Positions 1 through 10,978 of a DNA stretch of 64,000 bases are shown piece after piece. Source of the DNA: Anaerolineales bacterium (lineage in GTDB: Bacteria > Chloroflexota > Anaerolineae > Anaerolineales > E44-bin32); contig JBGUDT010000005.1 of assembly GCA_041821665.1 (NCBI GenBank), positions 15,513 through 79,512 on the forward strand. The letters run 5' to 3'. The number at the start of each line of letters is the position of its first letter. Positions within the stretch are counted from its first letter, which is position 1. The notes under the pieces were generated by a model. It ran no database searches. It saw only the letters and a list, made by a program, of their open reading frames with translations, and was not told where the DNA came from. The translations under genes were made by a program, and so were the position numbers.

Positions 1-176
1 CAGGATCTGCTCTCGTATAGTATCCCGAATACAGGCGGTATCCGGGATGCTGTCATTCATCACTCTCTAATCGGTCTGGATAATTGGACCTGATATCATT
101 CAGGGAAACTAGAAGTACAAGAGTAGTTATTTCTAACATAACCTTGGGTATTTCATAGGAGAGAAGGTGGTGAGCT

Positions 177-719
177 ATGGGACAAAATACTGTAGAAAAG
201 GCGACGCTGGGTGGGGGTTGTTTCTGGTGTCTGGATCCCATTTTCTCTGAGCTGACAGGAGTACTTAGTGTGGAGGTGGGTTATGCGGGGGGAGCCGAAG
301 ACAATCCATCCTACGAATCCGTTTGTACTGGCTCAACGGGTCACGCCGAGGTTGTCCAGGTTACTTTCGACCCTGAGTTGGTAACCTACGAAGATATCTT
401 GAACGTATTCTTCTCTGTCCATGATCCCACGACCCTCAATCGTCAGGGTGCTGATGTAGGGACTCAGTATCGATCCATTATCCTCACTCAAGATGAGGCG
501 CAGCACGAGACCGCTGGCAGTCTAATCAAATCGCTCGAGGCGGAACAAATCTGGGGGGCGCCAATCGTCACCGAAGTTGTTCCATATGATGTTTTTTATC
601 GAGCCGAAGAATACCACCAGGAATATTTCGAGAAGAATCCGAATCAAGGCTATTGTCAAGCGATTATTGCGCCAAAAGTGGCTAAATTCCGGACGTCAAA
701 CAGCAACGTCCATAAGTAA
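177..719 (+). CDS. msrA: peptide-methionine (S)-S-oxide reductase MsrA
   Basis: 180-aa ORF with the catalytic 'GGGCFWC' motif near the N-terminus, plus MsrA-typical 'GHAEVVQVTFDP' and 'YHQEYF'. Confidence 0.9.
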   Translation: MGQNTVEKATLGGGCFWCLDPIFSELTGVLSVEVGYAGGAEDNPSYESVCTGSTGHAEVVQVTFDPELVTYEDILNVFFSVHDPTTLNRQGADVGTQYRSIILTQDEAQHETAGSLIKSLEAEQIWGAPIVTEVVPYDVFYRAEEYHQEYFEKNPNQGYCQAIIAPKVAKFRTSNSNVHK

Positions 720-850
720 GGTACCTCCCGATCTTGATTCGATATTGGAGTGCACTTCTTCGCCTACCAGAATTTTTACGGACGCAGGTAGTAATCCGGA
801 TGTCCTGGTAAGGTGCGGAGTGGTCCAGCACATCACGGTCTAAGCTAATC

Positions 851-1252
851 ATGTCTGAGACAAATGTAATCCTGTTCGATGGATATTGTTTCCTCTGCAC
901 AGGACTGATTCGTTTTGTCCTCAAAGAGGATAAGGCAATGGTTTTCCAATTCGTCTCACAAGGTTCCATGGTGGGTCAAAATCTGCTGGATAGTTGTGAG
1001 GGGGGATTGGATCTCACCGAGAGCATCGTGCTCGTCATGGATGAAGGATGTTGGGTGAAGAGTGACGCGGTGCTCAACATTCTCATTAGCTTACCGGGGC
1101 CATGGGCTCTAGGTCGTGTTTTCCGCTTGGTGCCTAGATCAATCCGTGATTGGATCTATGATGGTATTGCTCATAACCGCTATCGTTGGTTTGGCCGACG
1201 TGACGTATGTATGGTGTCGATTACGGGACACGAAGACCGATTCATAACATGA
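851..1252 (+). CDS. DCC-family thiol-disulfide oxidoreductase (DUF393)
   Basis: 133-aa ORF. The N-terminal 'ILFDGYCFLCTGLIRFV' matches the DxxCxxC signature of the DCC1-like family. Confidence 0.7.
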   Translation: MSETNVILFDGYCFLCTGLIRFVLKEDKAMVFQFVSQGSMVGQNLLDSCEGGLDLTESIVLVMDEGCWVKSDAVLNILISLPGPWALGRVFRLVPRSIRDWIYDGIAHNRYRWFGRRDVCMVSITGHEDRFIT

Positions 1253-1277
1253 TTTTGGCAATTACAAACATCTGCAC

Positions 1278-2294
1278 TTACGGGTGGAATGGGACATAGC
1301 CGCTTTGAGAGACTGCTGTTTGTCCTTCTTCAGTTAATAACCAATCGAACAACGTCCGCGCCGGATGATCGCCAGGTGTGCCTTCACGGATTACTGCATA
1401 GACCTCGGTGGACAGCGGGTAGGATCGTTCTGCGATCGATTCCGGGGTTGGGAAAACACCATCGACTGCTAACACTTTTACCTGCTCATGCGGGAAAATA
1501 TACTCAGCGTAGAAATAGACAGAGTAACCGAGGCCGAGGGGATCATCACTGATGGCATTGATTGGTCCCATCATCGATTCTAGAATCATATCGGGCGAGT
1601 CAATCATCTCAGCTCCCCCCATGACTAATTTCTCCATCAATTCTTGACTTCCGGAATTACGATTTCGTTGGTAGGTATGAATGCTGCCGGACGTACCTCC
1701 GAGTTCTACCCAGTCTTTGATTTCCCCCGTATACGCAGCACGCAGATCATGTAGCGATACGCTGTCAATCGGATTTTCCGCATTAGAAAGGAAGACAAAG
1801 GCATCCAATGCGACCGGTCGCAACTCGAATACAATGCCCTCCCCCTTCGCAGCAGCAAGTTCATCATCGGAAGGTGGACGTGCTACGAGAATGATATCGG
1901 ATCCCCCACCGATGAGATTCATATAAGCACTATGAGTTCCACTGTGCCATATCTCATGGATCCTGTCTTCAGCATCGTTGGGCTCCGAGATGAGTGGATC
2001 AGGGCCGAGGCGTCTGGTGGGCTCAAACGGTCCAGCATCATGCCATCCACAAGAAACCCCAAGAATGTTACAGGCGATTTGAATCTGCAAGGGATAGGCA
2101 GATGTAGAACCGTCAACGCTCGGGTAGTTTATGGGTGTAATGGAATCCATGTTTATTCTGACCGGGACGGATGTGGATTCATATAAGGTCGGCTTTACAA
2201 TTTCGGCTGGAGAGGTTGGTGATTTTGCCGAACAACCCGAGCTCGCTATCATGGTGAATCCAGCTACGAGAAATAATCTCAACTTATATGACAT
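1278..2294 (-). CDS. PstS/PBP-like substrate-binding lipoprotein, not next to any permease or ATPase genes
   Basis: 338 aa with a signal peptide and lipobox ('MIASSGCS'). PBP-like-2 motifs are present ('DGSTSAYPL', 'RNRNSGSQELM'). An AGGAGG RBS lies upstream of the ATG at 2294. Confidence 0.65.
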   Translation of the reverse strand: MSYKLRLFLVAGFTMIASSGCSAKSPTSPAEIVKPTLYESTSVPVRINMDSITPINYPSVDGSTSAYPLQIQIACNILGVSCGWHDAGPFEPTRRLGPDPLISEPNDAEDRIHEIWHSGTHSAYMNLIGGGSDIILVARPPSDDELAAAKGEGIVFELRPVALDAFVFLSNAENPIDSVSLHDLRAAYTGEIKDWVELGGTSGSIHTYQRNRNSGSQELMEKLVMGGAEMIDSPDMILESMMGPINAISDDPLGLGYSVYFYAEYIFPHEQVKVLAVDGVFPTPESIAERSYPLSTEVYAVIREGTPGDHPARTLFDWLLTEEGQTAVSQSGYVPFHP

Positions 2295-2566
2295 GTTTAC
2301 CTCCTGTACGGTTCCATCATGTGTTGAATGACCTAATGACTGCTGGCGGGATTCGTCTAAAACCTGGAGTAAGCTTACTTCGTGAAAGGATCAGGATGAT
2401 GGCAGTTCTGTGTCTTAACCGGGGCATTTGCGGCGGGGGATTGAGGAGTAGTTAGATGATCAAATCTCCTCATGAGCGTGAGAACGGAATGCGGGTGATG
2501 CTCGAAGAAAAAAATTCGTTTGTCTTAGCAATGATGGGGGAAAGAATCTGAAGCCAATGAAGATGA

Positions 2567-3247
2567 TTATGGTTGTTCATCCACGAATTGAAGATGAATC
2601 GGACTCCTCGCTGTAGAACTTGCGTAGACACCCCGGTACTTCCGTGGGAGCAGTGAGGCCATCTCCATCATTATTTCCAGGAGAATTTCACCGCGAAGAG
2701 ATCGGTTTATAACCGTAGTCGGATTAATACGGAATGGATTTCCAACTGCGATGTGAAAAGGGGTGCGTCGTAGCCTAGCAAGGTTTTGCTGCCAGTTCTC
2801 ACTGCCCCAATGTACCACCGGCAAAATGGGAGTATTCGTTTCAAGTGCAAGGTGGACGACGCCGGGCTTCCCTTTTTGCAGACAGCCATCCCCGCTCCGG
2901 GTTCCCTCAGGCGTCAACCCAAAGATGTCTCCAGCCTTAATCCGCTCGACCGCCTGATCGATCGCTTCTCGATCTGGCTTACCCCTGCGGACTGGAATCC
3001 CCCCGAAGGTGGTTAGAAGCCATCGCATCCATAAGCTATCCATGCGGAACGCAGCGAAGAATCCAGATATGGGTCGGGGATGGAGGTGTGTGTATATCAG
3101 GGGGATTTCGAGCACATTCACATGGTTGATCACAAGGATGAGTGGTCCTTCATGTGGGACACGTTCAAGCGCCACGTCGTCAATCTGACATATCGCACTT
3201 GTAAGCGTTCGGAAAAATCCAAGTACGATGGCCTGGCTTATGCTCAC
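2567..3247 (-). CDS. plsC: 1-acyl-sn-glycerol-3-phosphate acyltransferase family (PlsC-like)
   Basis: 226 aa with acyltransferase block I 'NHVNVLE' and block III 'PEGTRS'. It overlaps the upstream lipid kinase gene by 4 nt. Confidence 0.75.
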   Translation of the reverse strand: MSISQAIVLGFFRTLTSAICQIDDVALERVPHEGPLILVINHVNVLEIPLIYTHLHPRPISGFFAAFRMDSLWMRWLLTTFGGIPVRRGKPDREAIDQAVERIKAGDIFGLTPEGTRSGDGCLQKGKPGVVHLALETNTPILPVVHWGSENWQQNLARLRRTPFHIAVGNPFRINPTTVINRSLRGEILLEIMMEMASLLPRKYRGVYASSTARSPIHLQFVDEQP

Positions 3248-4179
3248 GTGCTTTCCGGGGTTGTAGAGCTGATGATTTCGAGGCGTTGGGGGAGGAGGTC
3301 GATGCTCAATTTGGTCCCGTCAATACACAGAATTTCGCCGTCAGTCTGCGCAGGCAAGACGCCCTCAACGGCTTCAATCACAATCTGCTTACCTCGTATC
3401 GTCGTGATTTCTCTCTGGCTCCCCTGTGTGCCGCGCATGAAGTGGGGAAGCAGGGTCAGAATTCGTCTCCGGCTGACCTGCTCTGCGATACACATGTCGA
3501 AGATCCCATCCGTCATGGACGCTTCTGGCGCCATCCAAAACCCATCCCCAAGACGCTGACCATTCATGATAGATACCAGCAGTGTGGGGAGCAAAAGCTC
3601 CTCGCCGTCGTATGAAATGCGTACGACCGGCCCTTTGTAAAAGAGGAAGATGGTCTTCAACACGGCTATCAGAAAACTGAGGAAGCCACCAAACCGGGGC
3701 AATTTTGAAACTTCAATCGTGGTTACTGCGTCGAATCCGACTCCTACACAATTCCCGAAATACCGACCCTGAGGATAATCACCACCGAATACGCGCCCGA
3801 TGTCGATTCGCTTTCGTTGATTGGAAACTAACAGCTCAACGGCTTCGTCCATATCGATTGGAATACCCGCACCATGTGCGAAATCATTGCCGCGACCTGT
3901 GCAAATGACGCCCATTGCTGCGGGTGTACCTCCTCTTGAGTGCGCAGCCATGAGGCCATTAATCACTTCATTTGATGTGCCGTCACCTCCGGCGGCGACA
4001 ACGACATCGAACCCTTGATCCGCAGCTTGTTCAGCAAGCGCAATTGCATGACCGGGCGCCTTGGTACACACCAACTCATAATTCAGTTTGTGATCATCGA
4101 GCATTCGCCTGATCCTCGCCTTGGATTTCTCCCCGTTGCCGGAGCCGGATTCGGGATTGAGGATGATTTTATAACGCAT
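3244..4179 (-). CDS. diacylglycerol/lipid kinase family protein (YegS/BmrU-like)
   Basis: Motifs 'MRYKIILNPESGSG' and 'AAGGDGT' are present. I chose the start at the ATG at 4179 because it has a GAGGAGAG RBS, so the longer ORF-track start at 4236 is probably an over-extension. Confidence 0.8.
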   Translation of the reverse strand: MRYKIILNPESGSGNGEKSKARIRRMLDDHKLNYELVCTKAPGHAIALAEQAADQGFDVVVAAGGDGTSNEVINGLMAAHSRGGTPAAMGVICTGRGNDFAHGAGIPIDMDEAVELLVSNQRKRIDIGRVFGGDYPQGRYFGNCVGVGFDAVTTIEVSKLPRFGGFLSFLIAVLKTIFLFYKGPVVRISYDGEELLLPTLLVSIMNGQRLGDGFWMAPEASMTDGIFDMCIAEQVSRRRILTLLPHFMRGTQGSQREITTIRGKQIVIEAVEGVLPAQTDGEILCIDGTKLSIDLLPQRLEIISSTTPEST

Positions 4180-4442
4180 GCGTTTCTCTCCTCGTGTTAC
4201 GAACATCGGTGATAGATGATTGCCCTGATGGTGCATTCATCTTATAAGCAAAAAATCCAGGTAGCAAACTAAAATCTTCGCAGAAATAAGCGTACTTTGG
4301 ATCGATTGTTCGTGGGTGTGGCGTCTTCATTCGATCTACTCAACATGGACGGAAGAGTATCCTGGAAATTCATCACGAATATAATGACCTCATAAGTGAG
4401 TTCTAGCTCCACATCGACCTGAGTTTTGGGAATGAGCGTGTA

Positions 4443-7400
4443 ATGAGCATCAAGCTACTCATCGGAGCGGCAGCCAGCGGAAAGACAACACGGTGTCTGG
4501 ATGCGCTGGGTGATGACCTATTAAAACCCTGTTGGATAATTCTTCCTGACCGTTATCAAGTAAGCTCGGTCAGACGCATAATCGCAGCGCGTGGTGGGTC
4601 CCTGGGAACGAATATCGGCACATTCGGAGATCTCTTTCGTGAGATTCTCTCACTCTCCGGTGACATCATTCCCACAGCTTCCTCTGCAGTCACCCATCGA
4701 CTCGTACGCGCGGCTGTTGAGGATGTGATTGACAACGGCGGTTTGAGTTACTTTTCTCCAATCGCAGCGAAACCAGGTTTCCTGAATGCGATGGAAGACC
4801 GGATCGCTGAATTCAAACGTGCACAAATCAACCCGGATGAGGTTATTTCAGCGGCGGAAGACCATGATAAAGCACTTCGTGAGATCGGATTTATCTACAA
4901 CGCCTACCAGGAGAGGCTCAGATCACTGGGTTGGGCGGACCGTGAGGGGTTGAATTGGCTGGCGAGTCGCGCGCTTGAAGAAGATCCTGAGCTTGCATCA
5001 GCGTGGAAGATCTTGATCATCGATGGTTTCGACTCCTTCCATCGCTCTCAACTTAAACCTGTGCAACTTCTTGGAGAGCGGTTGCCTGAGGTCATTATCA
5101 CCTTGCCGGGCGAAGTCGACTGGAATCGCAAATCGCACCGCCGATTTATTCGATCAAAGGAGACTATTCTGGGAGCTATTCCGGATGCTGTCATTGAATT
5201 TATTGAGTCGCCTCCACATCTCGCGGAATCAATTGCCCATCTCGAGTCTCAAGTTTTCGAACTCGATATTCAGGTCCTTGCGCCAGAGCAAAGCATCACC
5301 ATGCTGGAGGCGCGATCGCCTGCTGAAGAAGCGCGAGAAGCGCTTCGTTGGTTGAAATCGCGAATAGTTCGCGACGGGGTTCCACTTCACCGATGCGCGC
5401 TTGTGACACCAGACCCAGAAAAATATCGTCCTCTTCTAAGGGAAGCAGCTCGAGAATTTGGAATCCCGCTTCGATTTACCCACGGCGACCCCCTCTCAAA
5501 AGCACCCAGCATAGCAGCGCTGTTTGGTTTGCTTGAATTAACCACGAATGAATGGCCAAGGCGAACCGTACTGGATATCTTGAATTCGCCATATTTTAAT
5601 CTCACCCCGTTTGGTCTTGAGCCAGGGGATAGCGATGCGCTCGATGAAGTCAGCCTATTTGCGCAGGTCACCCATGGGTTGGATCTGTGGGTGGAGGGAT
5701 TAAGTCGCCTGAAAGACGTGGGTGGGAAACGTCGCAGATTCCGGGATGAGGATCTGCGTTGGCCAAATCTCCCAACTGGAGAACGGGCTGGGGATTTGCT
5801 TGAGTCCCTGCAGGGTATGAATGAACGACTCTGTGCTTCTGAAGAAAGGACCATGCGCCAATGGATCGACTGGCTGGAAGATTTACTGGACGAGCTAGAA
5901 TTTTTTAGTCTTTGCAAAACACCCAATGATCATGCCGCTGCGCTGGAGTTGCGTGAGACGTTCCGTGCCTTGATATTGGGAGAGGAGATCACGAGTGAGG
6001 AGAATTTTAGTTATGAGGAGTTTATCCCAGAACTCCGAAGAGTGATTGAAAACGTCTTCTTCGCCGCTCGAATAAATTGGCGGCAGCCCGCTGTGCTCGT
6101 GCTGCGAGTCCTTGAGGCTCGTGGGATGCGCTTCCAAGCCGTTGCGGTGTTGGGTTTGTCAGAGGGAATATTTCCTGAAGTCGAACGGGAGGATCCATTT
6201 CTAAATGAGGCGATCAGGGAATCAATAGGGCTCGATCCCCGTCTCGGTAGGGACCAGGGGGGGCTTTTTTATCAAGCGGTTACACGCGCCGATCAATTCC
6301 TGCTGCTCACCCGCCCTTATCTGGCCGAGGATGGGAGTCCATGGGAACCGTCACCATTCTGGACAGCCGCGGATGGCTTATTCGTGGACGTGGTTAAAAG
6401 GGTTCGACCGGATGAGCCGCGCACCCTTAAAGATGCTGCCTCGCAGGAAGAACTTCTCTTCTGGTCAATCAGAAAACGTAAGCTGCCGGCATGGGCAAAG
6501 GAGCTTGAACCTCGGTGGAAATCCCTCCAATCGGCGAGTGGCGTCCTGAGCGCGCGCCAGGCTCGAATGTCAGGAGGACCCTTTGAGGGAAATCTGGACT
6601 CGATTCAAGGACATTTTTCACAGGTTTACGGAAGGGATCACGTATGGAGCGCAAGCAGAATTGAATCCTATGCGCAATGCCCCATGTTCTTTTTAACTTC
6701 TTCGGCAATGAGACTCGATCCACGCGATCCACCTGAACCAGGGTACGATCCCGCCCAGCTGGGATTGATCCTGCACGCCATTCTTGAAAAGGTTTACCCG
6801 GAGGCACCAGATCCAACGAACACAGATTCGGTACTAAGTGTTCTCCCGAGAATCGCGGAGGAAATGTTCACAGATGCTCCTGAGGAATTTGGTTTCCAGC
6901 CAACCGCGCTCTGGTTTTGGGAACGTGAAGAACTCCTCGAAACGCTTGAGGAGACGATTTCCGCCTTAGGGGGGATTTCACAGGGTTGGACTCCCTTCGC
7001 TTATGAGCAGAAATTCGGTATCGGCGATTCGCGACCGGTAGAAATAGAGCTCGAAGGTGAGAGCATTCTCGCAAGAGGCATCATCGATCGAGTGGATCGC
7101 AACAGGGACGGGGAGCTGCGTATCATCGATTATAAGACAGGATCGAGTCACCTCGGAGCGGGCGACCTTATTCGGGGAAGGCGGCTTCAACTGGTGATAT
7201 ACGCATTGGGGGCGCGGGATGCCCTGGATCTCGGTGAACCCGTCGAAGGATTTTACTGGATGATCCGAGCTGCTAAAGCCGGATCTTTAAAATTATCTAC
7301 GTTCAAATACAACGACACATATTTGGGTCCAGAGGGCGCCATGGAGGTGGCTCGAATGCATATTCAGGAGGTCGTTCAGAGGATCCGGGCCGGCCAATTT

Positions 7401-7484
7401 ATGCCAGCGCCTCCTGATGGTGGCTGCCCATTCTACTGTCCTGCTGTGGAATGGTGTTGGAGGTATCAAGCTGGATGGTGGTGA
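4443..7484 (+). CDS. addB: helicase-nuclease complex subunit B (AddB/RexB-like, PD-(D/E)XK nuclease with Fe-S cysteines)
   Basis: 1013 aa with an N-terminal Walker A 'GAAASGKT'. The C-terminal nuclease region has 'IIDYKTG' and the Cys set 'YAQCP ... CPFYCPAVEWC' typical of the AddB 4Fe-4S cluster. It lies directly upstream of addA. Confidence 0.8.
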   Translation: MSIKLLIGAAASGKTTRCLDALGDDLLKPCWIILPDRYQVSSVRRIIAARGGSLGTNIGTFGDLFREILSLSGDIIPTASSAVTHRLVRAAVEDVIDNGGLSYFSPIAAKPGFLNAMEDRIAEFKRAQINPDEVISAAEDHDKALREIGFIYNAYQERLRSLGWADREGLNWLASRALEEDPELASAWKILIIDGFDSFHRSQLKPVQLLGERLPEVIITLPGEVDWNRKSHRRFIRSKETILGAIPDAVIEFIESPPHLAESIAHLESQVFELDIQVLAPEQSITMLEARSPAEEAREALRWLKSRIVRDGVPLHRCALVTPDPEKYRPLLREAAREFGIPLRFTHGDPLSKAPSIAALFGLLELTTNEWPRRTVLDILNSPYFNLTPFGLEPGDSDALDEVSLFAQVTHGLDLWVEGLSRLKDVGGKRRRFRDEDLRWPNLPTGERAGDLLESLQGMNERLCASEERTMRQWIDWLEDLLDELEFFSLCKTPNDHAAALELRETFRALILGEEITSEENFSYEEFIPELRRVIENVFFAARINWRQPAVLVLRVLEARGMRFQAVAVLGLSEGIFPEVEREDPFLNEAIRESIGLDPRLGRDQGGLFYQAVTRADQFLLLTRPYLAEDGSPWEPSPFWTAADGLFVDVVKRVRPDEPRTLKDAASQEELLFWSIRKRKLPAWAKELEPRWKSLQSASGVLSARQARMSGGPFEGNLDSIQGHFSQVYGRDHVWSASRIESYAQCPMFFLTSSAMRLDPRDPPEPGYDPAQLGLILHAILEKVYPEAPDPTNTDSVLSVLPRIAEEMFTDAPEEFGFQPTALWFWEREELLETLEETISALGGISQGWTPFAYEQKFGIGDSRPVEIELEGESILARGIIDRVDRNRDGELRIIDYKTGSSHLGAGDLIRGRRLQLVIYALGARDALDLGEPVEGFYWMIRAAKAGSLKLSTFKYNDTYLGPEGAMEVARMHIQEVVQRIRAGQFMPAPPDGGCPFYCPAVEWCWRYQAGWW

Positions 7485-7623
7485 TCGAGATGTTTTTATG
7501 AGATGGCAGGGGGGAGTACGGATCCGTGATGACGACGGTATCGAATCCGGTTTCGAGACGTGATGAGTTCAGTGTGCATTCTCCATCTGAGAATAATGGG
7601 TTGTATGAGGAGGATTCGGGGCG

Positions 7624-10600
7624 GTGATGTCGGTGATAGATGAAACTCCCTTCTATAATCACCTCACACCGGACCAGCGGCTGGCGGTCGAGACCGAGGG
7701 TCAAGATATCATCGTCACCGCAGGTGCTGGGACAGGGAAGACGAGTACGCTCGTCGGTCGTTATCTGTGGCTGCTTGAGCATCGGATAACACCACACCAA
7801 ATTGCTGCAATCACATTTACGGAGAAAGCTGCTCGTGAAATGCGAAATCGTATTCGGAAAGCTGTCACCCATCGGGCGCGCGCCGAGGAGGTTGATGCAA
7901 ATCGAATATTCTGGGAAGAGCTTGAAGTTGGCATGGACGCTGCCCGTATCGGGACCATCCATAGCCTTTGCTCGGAAATCATGCGAGCTCACCCGGTTGA
8001 AGCGTGCGTGGATCCGGAATTTGAGGTGGTGGAGGAGGGCACAAGTCTGGCGTTGAGGGCCGAAGCGGTAGAGTCTTCCCTCATCTGGGCGCTGGAGGAG
8101 GAGAGTACAGCCCAGCTCTTCAAATCATTCACTACCGAAGGTCTCCGCCGACTAATCCAGTCCCTGCTTAAGCATCGGCTGGACGCATCTGCGCTGTTCG
8201 AGTCAGAGGAGGGGGCTCAATCTGACGCGGCTATACGGGTAGCTCTCAACGAGTTTATGGAAAATGAGCTTGTGTTGGAGAGTATTTCGGAACTCGAGGC
8301 TCTGCAGGATGCTGGTCAGCTCGTCACTGATGCTGGAGAAAATCTCGCGCAGAGGATTGAGGGGCTGCTCGAAAACTGGAAGGAATCAAGGACCAACCTG
8401 GGTGGAGACGATCTTCTTGGAGCTGCGAGGGCGCTCTTCTTATTGCGACGGCAAGGATTGAAGCGAGGTGCAGGGCTGAAGGGTTCTTCTGCGAAGGAAT
8501 TGCAGACCGTGCTGCAAGTCTGTTACGACGAAATTCTGAATCCCTGGCTTGGTGGAGCAGCGAGCTCTGATACGCTACCGGATGAGACATTGGAAGAACT
8601 GTGGGAAGAATCCTATCACCGTGTGAAACGTTTGTTTATCCAGGCATGTAGCGCGTACGCTCAGGCACTCGATCGCCAGTCAGCTCTGGATTTCGATGAT
8701 CTGGAATTCGGTGCCATGCAGTTGCTCGCCAATCAGAATGTTGCTGAACGCTGGAAGTCTGAGATTACGGCGATCCTTGTGGATGAATTCCAGGACACGA
8801 ACGAGAGACAGCGGACCATCATTGACTCATTGTGCGGAAATGACGTAGGTAAATTATTTATCGTGGGAGATGCTCGTCAGAGCATCTATAGATTCCGAGG
8901 CGCTGACGTCAGCGTTTTCCGCCGAGTCGAGCGGGAGATCAAGGCAAGGCGGGGCGTGCTTGTCGAGCTCAAGAAGACCTTCCGGGCGCATAAGGGATTG
9001 CTTGCTGAAATGGATGGACTTCTCGCTCCAATTATGGGAATCGAAGATGATCCGGACCGCTTGTACGCCGTACCCTACAGTAATCTTGATGCACACCGAA
9101 CCGCGGCGAAATCCAATCTTGATCCTCCCTATACCGAGGTCATTCTGGGCCTGGGGCAGGGGGCAGGCGCTGCGCGCCACCATGCGGCTGAAGCTCTTGC
9201 GGGTAGGTTATCGGTTTATAAGACCGGGGGTTGGGTGGAAAGTTGGGATGAGGTTGCCTTGCTGTTCCGGGCATCGACAGCCTTCAGCGTATATGAAGAC
9301 GCTCTGGAACTTGCTGGTATCCCCTTCGTCACAGTTGCTGGGTCGGGCTTCTACGATCGTCCTGAAATCCGTGATCTTCTCAATATACTTCGTGCGATCA
9401 GCGAACCATGGAACGACGCAGCCTTAGCAGGATTGCTGCGGTCGCCGGCATTTCGGATCAGTGACCCGGGTTTGTACGCGCTTCGAATCCCCAACGATGA
9501 GCCAATTCCGCTTCAGGATGCCCTAATAGGTAACCTGGACCATCTCTCTGATGATGACCAGGCTGCTGCACTTCATGCCCGTGAATTCCTCGAACAGTTT
9601 CGACCCATGGTCGATAGAATGACTGTGGCGGAGCTGCTCAAACGGGTTGTTGATTACCTGGATTACCGCGCCATCATGGCAATTTCACACACACGTATGT
9701 GGAGGAATCTCGATAAGCTCCTCCAGGATGCGGAACGGAGTGGTTTGGTTCATGTACGTACATTCTTTGAGTATCTGCGATCAATGCGGGACATCGGTGC
9801 TCGTGAAGGTGAGGCACCGACAGAGGCTCTTGGCGCAGTTCAGTTGATGACCATTCATAAGGCGAAAGGGCTGGAATTCTCTACCGTCGTTCTTGCCGAC
9901 GCCTCCAGAGGACCCGTCCTGAGAAGAGAGCCGAGTTATTTGTTGGGGGAGACAGGACCTGCTTTCTTTCTTGAGAGAAGCACGGGCGAACCGCTAATTT
10001 ATAAACTAGCAAAGAGATTGGACAGACAGCAGTCGATGGCGGAGGAGACGCGCATCCTCTATGTCGCAGCGACAAGGGCTCGCGAGCGATTAATCCTAAG
10101 CGGTCATCTTTCCTTGCAGCGTGGCGCGTACACAGCAAACGGTTGGATGAGTTCATTCCTTGAATTGCTCAATCTAAACCCAGAGGAATTGGGTGCAAAC
10201 CCGGGGCAAGATCATATAGCATCATTACCCGATGGCTCTGAAGTGCTGGTGTCGATCGCTGCTAACGAAAATCTTCAAGAGGTGCGAGACTTGCCGAGCG
10301 AGGTTTGGCCTTCATCTAAATTGAAGACGATCTATACGCCCATCGGTGCGGATGATACGGGCAGGTTCGACGATTTTCTGGAACTGGAGCGAGATTGGAG
10401 AGCGACAGGTTCTAGACAGCATGCACCTGCAGTGGTGGTTGGCGCTATGGTCCATGAAACCATTCGCCGATGGTCCTTCCCGGGAACAGCAGCGCGTTTG
10501 AACACACTCGATACACTTGCGTTGGAGGCTGGTTTGATCGACGCTGATCAGCGTCGTCGGGCAGTCAATGAAGCAGAGAAACTGCTCATGCGCTTGGAGA

Positions 10601-10914
10601 AACATCCCATTTTGATTGAGATCGAGGGTGCTGATGAACGGTATCATGAGCTTCCTTACTCACGACCACACCCATCCTGGACGGTTGACTCGGGACGCAT
10701 CGACCTTCTCTACAAAGTGAATGGTGACTGGATGATTATTGATTTCAAGACGGATGAACTGAGGGACGAGGAGGCTGTCCACACAGCTGTCGAGGAGTAT
10801 GGGCCCCAGATGAATCGGTATCGAGAGGCGGCTCAACAACTATTACACATCCAACCCGTGGCCTCAATTTGCTTTCTGGATGCCATGGGGGTGATCAGGT
10901 TGGTCCCTCTCTAA
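7624..10914 (+). CDS. addA: ATP-dependent helicase/nuclease subunit A (UvrD/PcrA-type helicase with C-terminal PD-(D/E)XK nuclease)
   Basis: 1096 aa with UvrD motifs 'AGAGTGKT', 'ILVDEFQDTN', 'VGDARQSIYRFRGA', 'TIHKAKGLEF' and 'YVAATRARERL', plus a C-terminal 'IIDFKTD' nuclease motif. Confidence 0.85.
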   Translation: MMSVIDETPFYNHLTPDQRLAVETEGQDIIVTAGAGTGKTSTLVGRYLWLLEHRITPHQIAAITFTEKAAREMRNRIRKAVTHRARAEEVDANRIFWEELEVGMDAARIGTIHSLCSEIMRAHPVEACVDPEFEVVEEGTSLALRAEAVESSLIWALEEESTAQLFKSFTTEGLRRLIQSLLKHRLDASALFESEEGAQSDAAIRVALNEFMENELVLESISELEALQDAGQLVTDAGENLAQRIEGLLENWKESRTNLGGDDLLGAARALFLLRRQGLKRGAGLKGSSAKELQTVLQVCYDEILNPWLGGAASSDTLPDETLEELWEESYHRVKRLFIQACSAYAQALDRQSALDFDDLEFGAMQLLANQNVAERWKSEITAILVDEFQDTNERQRTIIDSLCGNDVGKLFIVGDARQSIYRFRGADVSVFRRVEREIKARRGVLVELKKTFRAHKGLLAEMDGLLAPIMGIEDDPDRLYAVPYSNLDAHRTAAKSNLDPPYTEVILGLGQGAGAARHHAAEALAGRLSVYKTGGWVESWDEVALLFRASTAFSVYEDALELAGIPFVTVAGSGFYDRPEIRDLLNILRAISEPWNDAALAGLLRSPAFRISDPGLYALRIPNDEPIPLQDALIGNLDHLSDDDQAAALHAREFLEQFRPMVDRMTVAELLKRVVDYLDYRAIMAISHTRMWRNLDKLLQDAERSGLVHVRTFFEYLRSMRDIGAREGEAPTEALGAVQLMTIHKAKGLEFSTVVLADASRGPVLRREPSYLLGETGPAFFLERSTGEPLIYKLAKRLDRQQSMAEETRILYVAATRARERLILSGHLSLQRGAYTANGWMSSFLELLNLNPEELGANPGQDHIASLPDGSEVLVSIAANENLQEVRDLPSEVWPSSKLKTIYTPIGADDTGRFDDFLELERDWRATGSRQHAPAVVVGAMVHETIRRWSFPGTAARLNTLDTLALEAGLIDADQRRRAVNEAEKLLMRLEKHPILIEIEGADERYHELPYSRPHPSWTVDSGRIDLLYKVNGDWMIIDFKTDELRDEEAVHTAVEEYGPQMNRYREAAQQLLHIQPVASICFLDAMGVIRLVPL

Positions 10915-10940
10915 GATCACGTGTTCATCGAGATAACCAA

Positions 10941-10978
10941 CCTCCCGCAGGATCCAAGCCTGCGGGAGGTTTATGAGG
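10941..10978 (+). terminator. putative intrinsic terminator after addA
   Basis: An 11-bp perfect hairpin (cctcccgcagg / cctgcgggagg) is followed by 'tttat'. The T-tract is short. Confidence 0.5.

Noticed and set aside
53-241. A 62-aa minus-strand ORF overlapping the msrA start.
   Set aside because: It overlaps the well-supported msrA 5' end on the opposite strand and has no supporting signals.
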